Translations under genes and position numbers: made by a program | Source of the DNA: Balanoglossus misakiensis | Lineage: Eukaryota > Animalia > Hemichordata | DNA: 64,000 nucleotides | Direction: 5' to 3' | NCBI GenBank assembly: GCA_040954595.2 | Contig: CM082576.2 | Location: 19,329,028 to 19,393,027 of the forward strand | Shown: piece after piece, positions 12,541 to 25,400 of the stretch | Numbering within the stretch: the stretch's first letter is position 1 | How the letters are laid out: each line of letters opens with the position of its first letter | Notes under the pieces: generated by a model | What the model was told of the DNA's origin: nothing | The model's database searches: none | The model's input: only the letters and a program-made list of their open reading frames with translations

Positions 12541-15080
12541 ACTGTTTTAAATTTTTTCATCGGTTTTACTTTAAAGGATGCCCACAAATTGCAACAGTAA
12601 ATATTACTACAATATGCCAAAAATAAAACTTTCTTCACATCTTGACTAAAATGTTGAAAATGTCTCAATAGCATGTTTGCTCTAACACAAAATGCTCTTC
12701 TCTGTCGTTCAATATCTTCATTATCACAACCCTCACAAGATATAACATGGCCCAGATAGGTGTGTACAGGTACAAACTTTAAAGTGATGTCATTAAGTTT
12801 AACCGAAGGAATTCTTTGAACGCTCATATTCTTCCCATTAAAAAGCATGCACACAGTTTTACTAGAATTATAAATTATATCATAATCATTGCCATAAATT
12901 TCACAAATTCTAAGAAGACGGTGTAGACCCTTAATACTTGGACTGAGTAGAGTCATGTCGTCAGCGTAACCTAAAGTGTTAGCGCTGACACCACACATGG
13001 TACAGCCAACTTTGGCTTTACAGAGTGCATTGATAAGATCATCAATGTAGACATTAAAAAGATAGGGAGAGAGTACTCCCCCTTGTCTTACACCGTTAGA
13101 AACAGAAAACAACTCTGAGGTTTCATTACCCCACAACACAGTAAACAATTGATTTCTGTACCATTAAAGGTCACATGTCATGCTTTGGAAAGTTTTCATT
13201 TTTCCACGTCAAAAGCTCACCTAGGGTACCTGTCTATGCATTGCCTATTGTGTCGGTTCCGAAAAATGTGCACGAATGCCGGAATTTGCCACCTTTTTTC
13301 ATGCCTGTGATCGGGGAGCCACTTCGCACTCGAGCCAGGCGAAGGTATTTGCATATGGACAAACAAGTACACTATGTCGTAGTGTACCATTCTGTTTACA
13401 GTAAAGTGTAATTATCGGTCCATGAGTAATTAAGTCCACAGACAAAGATAAGCTATATAAACAGTGTTCAAAGCAAAGGAAGCCCTTGCCTCACATTGCA
13501 GGCAGAGGATTTACAAAGGTGTGAAAGACTATTTGTCCACATCAAGATAAGTCTTCGGCTTAACTTCGAAAAGCCCAAAACAATCGACTGAGTTGGGTTA
13601 GGGGTACACGCCCACCCGCCACTTTTACTTGCTTGTTATCTAAGCACAAGGGGCAAAACGCATTGCAAGATAGTAACATACGTTAACTTCAAGACCCAAA
13701 TAGTGATTTTACACGTGGTTGTATAGGGCATGGCATGGGACCTTTAATATAAAATTCGTACAGCATACAAGGGAACATTCCTGTCGATGAGCTTGTTAAC
13801 CAGTTTAAAGTGATTAACTCTGTCAAAAGCTTTTGAAGCATCCAGAAAACAAGTAAACACTGGTCTTCCATTGCTGGTGTAGTAGCTAATGATTTCTTTA
13901 AATGCAAATAAACACAGGTCAGTTGAATGTTCTCGCTTGAAACCAAATTGTAAATAATGAGAGGTAAGAAACTCCTCACAACGAGAAAGTAAAATAGGCT
14001 CAAAAACTTTAGAGAAAACAGTTGCTAGTGCTATCGGCCGGTAGTTACTGGCATCACTACAAAGCTTAGTTTTATCCTTAATTGGAACTAAAATAACGTT
14101 GATAGCCTCAGTTTGCAGGTAACCATGAACAATCAAGTCAAAATGGGTAAAATAGAGGAGTCTGAGAATTTGAGGTGCTCAGCTGAAATATTGTCAATGC
14201 CAGCTGTCTTATCGTCAGGTAACTTATGTATAGCAGAAATTACTTCTTCTTCAGAAACATACATATCAGAAGAAAATTTAACATACTTCATTTTCTCCTC
14301 GATGTCATTTTTACCAGTCTGAGCCTGGACAGAATTCAAAATATCACTGAAATGCTTGTGCCACATAATTGCAATTTCACTCTCACCAGTCGCTCCACCT
14401 ACAGTGTCAGAAAGCGGCATTTTTCTGCTAGTTTGCTTTCTGACTTCCTTCCAGAAGTCGTTCTGTTTGTGGCAGCGTAAATTGTCAGCCATCTTGTCAG
14501 CCCTATTTTGATTCTCAATCTTTTTACAAGCACGTAAAGCATACTTAAAACGAGCTCTGGAAGATTTCATGGTTTCAAAAAGCGGGCCTTGTTAAGGTTT
14601 ACCCCCATTAACCCATAATAAAAACATGGAACGGGCATAGTCGTGACTTTCTTTTACAAAATCGTTCCAGCCAGGCACAACATGAACTTTCTGGTGAAAC
14701 TTACGCCTAATGGTATCTTTTGCAGCACAATTCAATGCGTCCACAACACTACTATAACAAGTATCAATTGCCTGTAAATGCGAAGGGTATGTACAGTTCA
14801 CATTAGTGCAGAATAACTCTTCGGATAAATTAATCTTATCAACCTTGGCTTTGGTACAACGGGTGTAGGCGGATATATTCTGCTGTGACAATTTTTTTCC
14901 AATCAACTCGAAAATTACATTGCTTGAAGGAACTACTGCTGAAGCATTCATCAGCAGAAGTGTTGAAATGAACCTCTATTGAAACAGGAATATGGTCGGA
15001 GTCAACAACATTGCAAAGACTCGAAATTGAAAGAACATTGCTATAAAAAATTTTAGTGGTAACACAGTGGTCAATCCAAA
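12541..15080 (-). pseudogene. Internal fragment of an RTEX/RTE-type LINE ORF2 (APE end plus RT), disrupted
   Basis: WIDHCV..SDHIP (APE end), PGWNDFVKE..ARFKYALR, NYRPIALATVFSKVFE, FLDASKAFDRVNH, GVRQGGVLSPYLFNVYIDDL, YADD. Stops and frameshifts at ~14592 and ~14136; split by an insertion at 13168-13743. Confidence 0.88.
13168..13743. mobile_element. Non-autonomous Kolobok-like DNA element inserted in the LINE RT
   Basis: TTAA TSD (13164-13167, 13744-13747); TIR AGGTCACATGTCATGC / GCATGGCATGGGACCT; removing it rejoins the RT frame (VRILY*WYRNQLFTV). Confidence 0.85.
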
Positions 15081-16410
15081 CTCAGCGTAATTCAATAAAA
15101 CGCCCTAACACAGCCTGAACTCCGATAATGTGTTGTCCCAAAATTCATTCCGTGGAAAATAATCACTGGTCTGTTTACGTATTTCAGCCGATTTTCCAAG
15201 GACTACTGCAACTCGCCAGAAGTGAGTAGCCTGCTAATGAGATCTCCACAACATTACGTAATGACGGTCAAAGTCCGATGCCCCAGTGTCCGTCCTCAGC
15301 CCACCAAAAAATGCGAAAAAATATTACAAAAATCTTCTTCTCAAAATCGACGTGGCCTAGGACCTTGAAATTTGGCACAGGGGATTTTGGCCACATGGTC
15401 TACAAAAATCGCGAAAAGAATGTACATGCCCCCATTAACGTGCAAATTAGGTCAATTTGAAAATTTCGCTCGATTATAGCCACAAAGTCACGTGACTAAT
15501 TACAAATTCAAAGGGCAGGTGCACCAGTACTCATGGGCCCCAACCACCGTGCCAAATTTGGAGGCGCACCTGCCGGAATTTCAGAGAAAAACGGGCGCAA
15601 AAAAAACGACTCAAGAAGAAAGAAGACAAACTCCAGCAATAACAGAAGGGGACCAAGCGCCTGAGGGCTCTTGGTCCCCTAAATATGGGACTAAACTTGA
15701 CAGATACCCGGAATATTTTCCTATTTAGGATACCTGGTTGCATTTCCACCTAAAGGCGTCCTATTGGCGTGGAAATTTTATAACTTGAAATCGTTTGACT
15801 GGGTGATAGGTATTAATATCTTATGATGTTATAAAACACTTGGCTCGCCGAAGGTAAGGACCGATTATAGCGTCAGTCGTGTCATAAAATATATATGAAC
15901 GTCATGGGTCAATAAACTTGATGGTCCAATAAAATTTAATGGTTCGTAAAACTATTGTGTCCAATGTCTGCAGAGTATACTGGCTGCAACATGTGTATGA
16001 GTCAGGATTAACGGCTGTAGCCATCAACCCAAAAGGTGAACGTCCTATTCTCACTAACTTAAATAGGTTTTGCGACCTAGTTGAGTGATAAAAACCTTAT
16101 GATAAAGTCGACACAATTTCAAGATGACGATGTGCAAATGAGAGTTCATAAGCTAAAGTAAAGTTCAATGAATTCTATACAAAGTTCAAAAAAGATTTTT
16201 TACTAAAGGAAGACATGAACAAACTGATATCGTCTCTTCATATTCGTACATGTCCAACTGTTGTGATTTGACCCCCCCCCCCATGGTACATGAACCTATT
16301 ACTTAGTACACACTTAAACAATTGGCATTTGAAGTGCCTTGCTTGACAGTGTTTAATGCGGTGGTCAGCCGCGTTTATCTCTCGCCACTTCATGCATCAT
16401 GTCGCCTTAA

Positions 16411-16714
16411 AGGGACAAACTCTCTCTCTCGTCGCCCTTTTCTATTAATTATGTTTGATACAAGACACCGTTTATATTAATGGGCATGTGTATATGTAGT
16501 GAATGAACGTTCAACCACACACAACTTCCATCCTGCTTGTATGATATGAGAGTAAAAACTCGCCCAAAATGAATTAATGGTAGAGACCGATTTTTCAGTT
16601 TTGCGAGTTTTCGCTCTCGTGTCTACATGCGGGATAGAAGGTGTGTGCGGTTGAACGTTGCATCACTATATATCCACATTTACATTAATATAAACGGTGT
16701 TTTGTATCAAACAT
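16411..16714. mobile_element. Kolobok-like MITE family, copy 1 (right end lost)
   Basis: TTAA|AGGGACAAACTCTCTCTCTC..ATTAATTATGTTTGATACAAGAC; internal foldback; homologous to the copies at 17329 and 26881. Confidence 0.75.
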
Positions 16715-17328
16715 GGAAAAGGGCAGCGAGTTAAGGATGTACGATCAGTAAAATTGAAAGCATTGTCATTTCTTTTAATCGTGAATTTTCGTTTCTGATT
16801 TGTATGTATAATGAAAATCCATTTTGGGTCACTGCACTTGTTTTCGACTTTAAACAAGGCCGTGAATTTAGTCGACAATTGAAGAAAACTGCTAACGGTC
16901 AGCATTTTCTACCAATGGTTTGTCTATGGATACAATATTGAACAAAGTTTATCTCAAAATAGAGCGTGATGAATTTATTTTGATTTGTCGGAGCTATGTG
17001 TAAAATTTCATGAAAATGACAATAGTAGAAGTGAGTTTTCTAACTATTCTCCATGTACTCCTATGGGAAGAGACACAGGCGCACAGTTTACCAGTTGACG
17101 ACCTCTAAAGAGGAAACGGGGGGGGGGATGATGAAAGGTTTAAGACTTACAGATCACAACTTAAAGAGCCATTCAGAAAGAGGCTTAGAGTGGAGTATCA
17201 AATCGGACGATACCACTGACTGGTGGAGGAAGACAAAATAAGCAAACTGAGTAGATGAGTGCTCAGATTTCTTCAGAGGACCAAACGTTTCAAAGATATA
17301 AACAGAACATTGTGGCTGTATTCATTAA

Positions 17329-17619
17329 AGGGACCAAGTCTCTCTCTCGCTGCCCTTTTTCCATTAATTATGTTTGATACAAGACTGCGTTTATATTATT
17401 CTACATGTGGATATAGTGAATCAACGTTCAACCATACACACCTTCCACCCCGCTTGTATAGACACGAGAGTTTTAAAAAGTAGCCAAAATGAATAAACGG
17501 TCTCTACCATTTATTCATTTCGGGCGAGTTTTTACTCTCGTATCATACAAGCCGGATGGAAGTTGTGTGTGGTTGAACGTTCATTCACTAACATAAACGG
17601 TGTCTTGTATCATGTCCCT
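17329..17619. mobile_element. Kolobok-like MITE family, copy 2
   Basis: TTAA|AGGGAC ... GTCCCT|TTAA; internally palindromic. Confidence 0.8.
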
Positions 17620-17967
17620 TTAACACTTTTGAAGCATTTTACTAATGCTAACATGACTAGACCAATTGAATGATGTTACATTGCAGGTTATCAACTCAGA
17701 GGGGCGTCTTGTTATAAAGCGGTACCTGACAAACAATCAGCTGGCAACGCTGAAAATACCTGTCAGTCGTAAGTATGAAAGTATACATCATTTGAGTAGA
17801 ATTTTACGGGAGTTCCTAACAAGGCTTGGACATGTCACGCACAAATACAAAGGGCGCGTATAAAGACAGACAAAACCTCGCTCAGTGTGAGGTGTTCAGC
17901 GATTGCATCTGATAAGTCGAAAATGCTTGATCACGTGTCATGTTCAGTTGGGAAATTGGATATGTCT

Positions 17968-18230
17968 CAGGCCAAAAAAACTAATATGTGCTATTCCGAT
18001 TACATGGTTTTCAAAAATATTGTAGGTAGAAAGGGACATTTTTTTATTTTTCAATTTTTTTTAGATCTTTGGCCGTCGTAGTGTAGAAGAATGACATCAT
18101 AGTTCTTGCGTGATTCTCGCAATTTTCATGAATTGTTTTATATTTGACATCGTTATTTTTACTTCCGGTTTGCGAAGATCTAAACTGTTTTGGGTCGGCG
18201 GGCTAAAATTAGGGTAGTTCGGGTAATCGT
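17968..18230. mobile_element. Degenerate non-autonomous DNA element fragment (AGGCCAAAAAAA...GGGTCGG type)
   Basis: AGGCCAAAAAAACTAATATGTG start and GGGTCGGCGGGCTAAAATTAGGGTAG motif resemble small invertebrate DNA elements; opposite terminus not intact. Confidence 0.35.
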
Positions 18231-18399
18231 TATGACATTGGGAGCTACGGCTGCAAAGCCATGTGTCTCGTGCGAAAAGGGCCCTTAACCTTTTGCAATA
18301 TTTAACAGCAAACAACAGACAGTTTTGAGAATAAAAGGTTTCCGTCGTGTCTGACTTTCATATCGCATTAATAGCATATCCCTAATTTTAAAGAAATTA

Positions 18400-18640
18400 G
18401 GAGAGACAGAGTGAAACAGGCAGAGTGGCAGACAGACACAAGCAGACAGACAGAGCAACATTCATCAGTAGAGACACTCACCGGTCGCTCGCTCGCTCGC
18501 TCACTCTCTCTCTCAGAGAGAGGGGGCAGACAGTCAGACAGACAGACGTTGACAGACAGTCAGTAAGTCAGTCAGCCAGTTAATCAGTCAGTCAGACGTC
18601 AAAGACACAGTGACACAAACACAGCGAGGGAGACAAAAGG
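18400..18640. repeat. Degenerate GACA/CAGT/CGCT microsatellite tract
   Basis: Runs of CAGA, GTCA, CGCT and CT units. Confidence 0.7.
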
Positions 18641-19403
18641 ACCTTTCATGCTTAAACCCCTGTTCTTCTGTTATAAACTTTGAAAACCGTTCGTTTTCAG
18701 ACTGCAGATTGCTCGAATAACGCGGCACACTGCCGAAACAATAAAACAAATACTAGTGGGAGCTCATAAAATAAAATCGCTCAACCATTCCGTCGTCCTG
18801 AGTGACCTCAGCCACATTAATTCCGACGTCTTTTTAGGGTCATGAAAAAAGTCACAAATAAGGTATTTCCCCTAGGTCCACCTGAAGCAAAAAGTTTTCG
18901 TTTCGACTCCATCATTCCGAATAGTAAGAAAGCAACAAAATTGAAAAGACAGATGTAAAATGCAATCTCTCTCACGTGGTAACGTTTGTAACTATGGCAA
19001 ACACCGTGAGATATATTTTCTAAATTTGAGATTGAGTGAAAATTGAATATTTTCCAAATTAAACTGTATAAAACAGTGTAATGATATGGAAATGGAAGAA
19101 TTCAACAAAGAAATAATTTAATTTCAAATATGCCTACATACTTTGCCATTTTTTTCCAGTAGAAACAATTTTTTTCCTAATTTTCAATTAAATGACTGCC
19201 ACATGATCTTAGTTTTTCCATGAAAAAATATAACAATTATTTCGCTTGTCAGTGAAAATATATTTCTAGTGGTTGGAAAAAAATAGAATAAGTCAAATCT
19301 CTGAAAATCTGTCTTTATTCAAGAACAATAAAAAAAATTAGTGGGGGAAAAACCAAAAAATGAACACACACACTAAAATTGACATTTTCTATGTATTATT
19401 TAG

Positions 19404-21570
19404 GAGGGGATAGAATTTGTTGCCGCCATTCTTGGGAGGGGAGAAATGAGGGCATAGCATTTCGTGCCGTCATTTTTGGGAGGGGAGAAATGGGGGTATA
19501 GAATTTGGTGCCGCCATTCTTGCGAGGGGAGAAATGGTGGCATAGAATTTGGTGCCGCCATTCTTGGGAAGGGAGAAATGAGGGCATGGAATTTGGTGCC
19601 GCCATTCTTGGGAGGGGAGAAATGAGGGCATGGAATTTGGTGTTGTCATTTTTGAGATGGGAGAAATGGGGGCATAGAATTTGGTGCCGCCATTCTTGGG
19701 AGGGAAGAAATGAGGGCATGGAATTTGGTGCCGCCATTCTTGGGAGGGGAGAAATGGGGGCATGGAATTTGGTGCCGCCATTCTTGGGAGGGGAGAAACG
19801 GGGGCATAGAATTTGTTGCCGCCATTATTGGGAGGGGAGAAATGAGGGCATAGAATTTGTTGCCGCCATTCTTGGGAGGGGAGAAATGAGGGCATGGAAT
19901 TTGTTGCCGCCATTCTTGGGAGGGGAGAAATGGGGGCATGGAATTTTGTGCCGCCATTCTTGGGAGGGGAGAAATGAGGGCATAGAATTTGGTACCGCCA
20001 TTCTTGGGAGGGGAGAAATAGGGGCATGGAATGTGGTGCCGCCATTCTTGGGAGGGGAGAAATGAGGGCATAGAATTTGGTGCCCCCATTCTTGGGAGGG
20101 GAGAAATGAGGGCATAGAATTTGTTGCCGCCATTCTTGGGAGGGGAGAAATGAGGGCATGGAATTTGGTGCCGCCATTCTTGGGAGGGGAGAAATGGGGG
20201 CATGGAATTTGGTGCCGCCATTCTTGGGAGGGGAGAAATGAGGGCATAGAATTTGGTGCCGCCATTCTTGCGAGGGGAGAAATGGTGGCATAGAATTTGG
20301 TGCCGCCATTCTTGGGAAGGGAGAAATGAGGGCATGGAATTTGTTGCCGCCATTCTTGGGAGGGGAGAAATGAGGGCATAGAATTTCGTGCCGTCATTTT
20401 TGGGAGGGGAGAAATGGGGGTATAGAATTTGGTGCCGCCATTCTTGCGAGGGGAGAAATGGTGGCATAGAATTTGGTGCCGCCATTCTTGGGAAGGGAGA
20501 AATGAGGGCATGGAATTTGGTGCCGCCATTCTTGGGAGGGGAGAAATGAGGGCATGGAATTTGGTGTTGTCATTTTTGAGATGGGAGAAATGGGGGCATA
20601 GAATTTGGTGCCGCCATTCTTGGGAGGGAAGAAATGAGGGCATGGAATTTGGTGCCGCCATTCTTGGGAGGGGAGAAATGGGGGCATGGAATTTGGTGCC
20701 GCCATTCTTGGGAGGGGAGAAACGGGGGCATAGAATTTGTTGCCGCCATTCTTGGGAGGGGAGAAATGAGGGCATAGAATTTGTTGCCGCCATTCTTGGG
20801 AGGGGAGAAATGAGGGCATGGAATTTGGTGCCGCCATTCTTGGGAGGGGAGAAATGGGGGCATGGAATTTGGTGCCGCCATTCTTGGGAGGGGAGAAATG
20901 AGGGCATAGAATTTGGTACCGCCATTCTTGGGAGGGGAGAAATAGGGGCATGGAATTTGGTGCCGCCATTTTTGGGAGGGGAGAAATGAGGGCATAGAAT
21001 TTGGTGCCGCCATTCTTGGGAGGAGAGAAATGAGGGCATATAATTTGGTGCCGCCATTCTTGGGAGGGGAGAAATGGGGGCATGGAATTTGGTGCCGCCA
21101 TTCTTGGGAGGGGAGAAATAGGGGCATGGAATTTGGTGCCGCCATTCTTGGGAGGGGAGAAATGAGGGCATACAATTTGTTGCCGCCATTCTTGGGAGGG
21201 GAGAAATGGGGGCATAGAATTTGTTGCCGCCATTCTTGGGAGGGGAGAAATGAGGGCATGGAATTTGTTGCCGCCATTCTTGGGAGGGGAGAAATGGGGG
21301 CATGGAATTTGGTGCCGCCATTCTTGGGAGGGGAGAAATAGGGGCATGGAATTTGGTGCCGCCATTCTTGGGAGGGGAGAAATGAGGGCATAGAATTTGG
21401 TGCCGCCATTCTTGGGAGGGGAGAAATGGGGGCATAGAATTTGTTGGGGAGGGGAGAAATGAGGGCATAGAATTTGTTGGGGAGGGGAGAAATGAGGGCA
21501 TGGAATTTGGTGCCGCCATTCTTGGGAGGGGAGAATTGAGGGCATAGAATTTGGTGCCGTCATTTTTGGC
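19404..21570. repeat. Left subterminal tandem array, 44-bp unit, ~49 copies
   Basis: Unit GAATTTGGTGCCGCCATTCTTGGGAGGGGAGAAATGAGGGCATA; contains a 924-bp (21-unit) higher-order duplication. Confidence 0.97.
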
Positions 21571-22139
21571 AATTACTTTGAAGAAATGCTACTCTTCAAA
21601 GCTCCATTTGCTATAACTTTATGCAATGTTTAAAGCATTTTTATGGATCTTGTGCAAGATTATTTTTCAAATTCATGAAACAGGATAAAATGCCCAGTGT
21701 CCAGCTTATTAACACAATCTATATGTATATAGTAAGCGTTGTTATTGTGTAAAATTTGAATTCAACATTACCAATGGCTGTTGCACCGAAACAAGTTATG
21801 TTGACAAGTGGAATCCTGGGTATATAAGCATGCTGTTTTGAGTAGAGCAAGAAACTGCATTACTGGTAGGTAAACACAACAAAAGTCGAAATTTTAAAAT
21901 CTGAACACTCAATTTTTTGTTTAAAATCCCCTTTTTAATTTAACAAGTGAACAATTAAATTAGAGACAGCTTGCAGATAATATAAATGCTGTGTTAGTAA
22001 ATATTAAAACAACTTTAAAACTACAGTATAAATTATAATAGGACCCAAAAATGGAAAAAAATGCTCAAAAATTTTAACAAAACTATGGTAACTCAGATCA
22101 TGAAGAATGTCTTATAAGACAAAATAAATATATTGCAAA

Positions 22140-22400
22140 TAGAAAAAACAATATATCAGGACTATATCAATCTGACCAGTGTTTGTGGAGTTTCCGAGTT
22201 TTGACCAATTACACATTTTCTCAGCTTATTTTTGGAAATGACAACTTCATTTGAACAAACTCCCATCTACAGCCTGGCCTATATCTGTACACTAAATATC
22301 AAGGTGATATGCTAAACAATTTCCATTTGTTTGATGTGGACATCCATCCATCTATCCATACATAACAGATCCAATAATGTCCCATTGTATAATACACATA
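22140..22400. mobile_element. Probable short DINE-1/HINE-like insertion downstream of the passenger gene
   Basis: (CATC)n microsatellite followed by a GTCCCATT...AATGGGAC terminal hairpin. Confidence 0.4.
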
Positions 22401-22490
22401 TACCAAATGGGACCTGAAATTAATACATACATATCACTGTGTAGAGTTTACACACCCCCATAATGCGTTTTCCGTGACCCCACTCTATAA

Positions 22491-25400
22491 TCAGTCTGAG
22501 TCATCTACTTGCGATGCCCCGCTCCATCCAAATCTCTTTGTAGCTGCTGAGTAGATGTTGCCGAGCTGGTCTGCGTCGGTCTCCAAACAGATGCATGGTC
22601 TTCCTAACTGTAAAGCAGTAGTAAAGGCACTACCTGCAAACATAGTTGAGAAAAAAAAGTGAAAAAGTTATCAATCAATCATCATCACACAAGTTTTATC
22701 AGAGTGACTTTATTTCAAATTTTAACTTATTTTTCATTTTCATTGCTTTGTTACAGTACACTCTGACCACACATTTGTTTGCTTTGAAATAAAGACTTCA
22801 GTTTCTTTAACTGAGAGGATACCTGACATTCAGACATTGTTCTAATAAGTGTTTAATTAAATTTACTGTATTATAGGGATAATAAATAGCTTCAAAAATC
22901 TAAATTATGAACAATAAAAATGTATGATTTTTTGTTTGTTTTGACCTTCCTAAGACACCAAAGACATACATAACAAAACCATAACAATAACAATTTAAGC
23001 ATGATATCTTTCATTGCAATCACTTTTGAATTTCTATACAAGTACACTTTTACAGTAATGGTGCATCAGAAAATATTTTACAAAAACAACATTTATAAAA
23101 AATACCTTGATTTCTTGTTACGTCAAGCATCCATCTTCTTTCGGCACAGAAAACTTTGATAAGTTCTGACAAAAAATCCTCCATCTTGTCGGCCTTTTCA
23201 ATAACCCAGTGGTTATGATGGGGGCCATTGCCAAAATTTGTCTGCAATCTGTTAAACACCCCTGTCTCAGACCAGTAACCAACAACAATGCCTTTCACAG
23301 AATTCCACAAGGTCCTCGAAGCTATAAGAAGTGAAAATATGGAAGAAACACATTAGTCAAACACTGGCTTCAATATTTGTCAATCATTACAGCAGGAACT
23401 TTGTCATATGATGATAACTTTAATACAAGTTCATTTTTGGACTGCCACTGCATGAAAACACATTGAAATTTACAACAAATATTATAGCACTTACAAGATT
23501 TGTTGTACTGCAGGAAGTAGAATCCTTCTTCAACTTTGCAGCAGGTCTTCCTCATTATTTTCTTTACTTTTTCGATATCTGCTACTTCGCATAGTGCAAT
23601 AACATTATAATAGGGTATGCTGCAGTCCAGATTAATTGATTTAATAGTTTTTAGCTCTTCTGTGAAACTGTTTTCACACCAGTCCTGAAAGAGATAATAG
23701 AACATAGGTTGTAACTGATAATGAGACAGACACATTACACTGAATTATGAAACAATATGGAGTCCAAGACAGCAACTGCCTATATTAAAATGTTGGTCAG
23801 TAAAATTGAAAGTATTGCTTTAATTGTGGATTTTGACTTCTCATGTGTATAAATATAGGGGTTGTTGCAGTTGTTTTCAAAATACAAGGCCGCAAATATA
23901 GCCGATAATTGAAAAAAACTGAGCTATATACTGTCCAATTTTATGAAAATGATTAAGTAGAAGTTTTCTAGCTATTCTCAATGTAATTCTATGGAAAAAG
24001 ATGAATGCGTACACATTTGCACAGATTTCCCGTTTATGTTTTGCACATACATCCTTAATGACATATTTGAGAATTTAAAGTAAACTTTCCTTAATAGAGA
24101 GTTCTTCTTAATACTACAATAGACAGGTAATATATGATTCAAGTTGTGTTACACAAATTGCTATACGGTATATTTAAACTCACCTCAGGAATGCTGGTCA
24201 TCGTCAGTTCTGCACCATTAAATTCTGGACAACTTTCCCGTATTTTATCCAATGATAATGATGCTGTCTCCACATCTAGCACACAACCTCTGATGTTGTT
24301 TTCTGCTGTAAAAATGTTGTGGGCCGTAGATTCTTCAGGGACACCACCGGAGTCCAACATGTCTCGTAACTTTTTACACTCCTGCTGGAGTTCCGGTGGT
24401 GTTCCTCTGCTGAACTTCAGGCCCACAAATCTTGACAGGTATGCCCTATCTGCATAGGCTGGCAACTTCTCCTCCAAGACGCTCCATGGCATTTGGAGTT
24501 CCTTGATGAACGCCTCCTGAACCACTTTCATCTTGCGAACGTCTTTGGCTTCTCTGTTCATTTGCTGTAAATTAGTTTTTCCATCAACAACATCTTCCAG
24601 AAATTCACAAATGGTGTTCTCGTTTAAATGCACCAGGTTACTAAAAAGGTATACTGGTATGTCCGGTTTCACCATCAGATTTTTCTTCGTAACTTTCTGA
24701 CCAGCCAGTACTCCCGTTTCATAGCTCTCGAAAATTTGATCCAGTTTCACTGTAACAGTCTCAGGCTGTTTCGCCAGATTTAAAATTGTTTCCATATCTG
24801 TATCGTTCTGCAATAAATCAATAGAAGTATTATTACAAGGACAGTACACTTAACTCTGCCATATAACAGCAAGCCTTGTTACCTACATCCAAAATTGACA
24901 AGATACAACAAGAGAGACAGTTTGGACAATGGCAACATTCATGTGTCTACACAAAGCCTTACTGAAACATTAGTTGGATCCCCCAACCACATTTAGGTAA
25001 TTCTACATTTTAACAGAGAGCTTGTCTTTGGTAATATGCATGACAGAGGCCAGATAAACAATAAATTTCAGTGGATACTGGTTGACACAGGAGAAGGACA
25101 TTTGGTAAGGTGAACCATTTTCCCATAATATTTTTTTTTGTATTTTGGACTAAGGTGTCTTAGATCTAAATCCACTTACTATGGATTTTAATTTAGTGCA
25201 ACCAATCTTGGAGATAAGAACAAAATCTGTCCATGTCATTTGCTACATTGTAATATATTGGATTGCACCCCACTAATTAAACTATGATTTTTCCCAATTA
25301 AACTTACTTGTTGTAAGATGTTTTTACAGGATCTCCTCCATTCCTCGGAGGCAGATTTAACAGATGTCAGTCTGTCCCGACATATGTGGACCTGAAATAG

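Larger units (their letters stand above)
10266..15682. mobile_element. Non-autonomous Helentron/DINE-1-like element hosting nested insertions
   Basis: Starts in AT-rich DNA with AAAGCTGCAAGCAGC..GGGGCCCAAGC; ends with hairpin AGGGGACCAAG-loop-CTTGGTCCCCT (15647-15680) followed by AA; degenerate internal repeats; no TSD seen. Confidence 0.55.

Noticed and set aside
7130-17040. Inverted similarity between 7130-7295 and 16895-17040 as the ends of one large element
   Set aside because: Diverged, no TSD, and it would cross the 8902 TIR; better explained as dispersed copies of a repeat family.
19404-21570. CRISPR-like array
   Set aside because: Units are head-to-tail with no unique spacers, there are no cas genes, and the context is eukaryotic.
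19396-21572. Long ORFs (up to 564 aa) of MAAPNSMPSFLPSQEWRHQ repeats
   Set aside because: Translation artefacts of a stop-free 44-bp tandem unit, open in all three frames.
22491-24330. Calling the passenger an active DNA methyltransferase
   Set aside because: Catalytic (S/D)PPY and SAM-binding FxGxG motifs are degenerate; only fold-level similarity can be supported.
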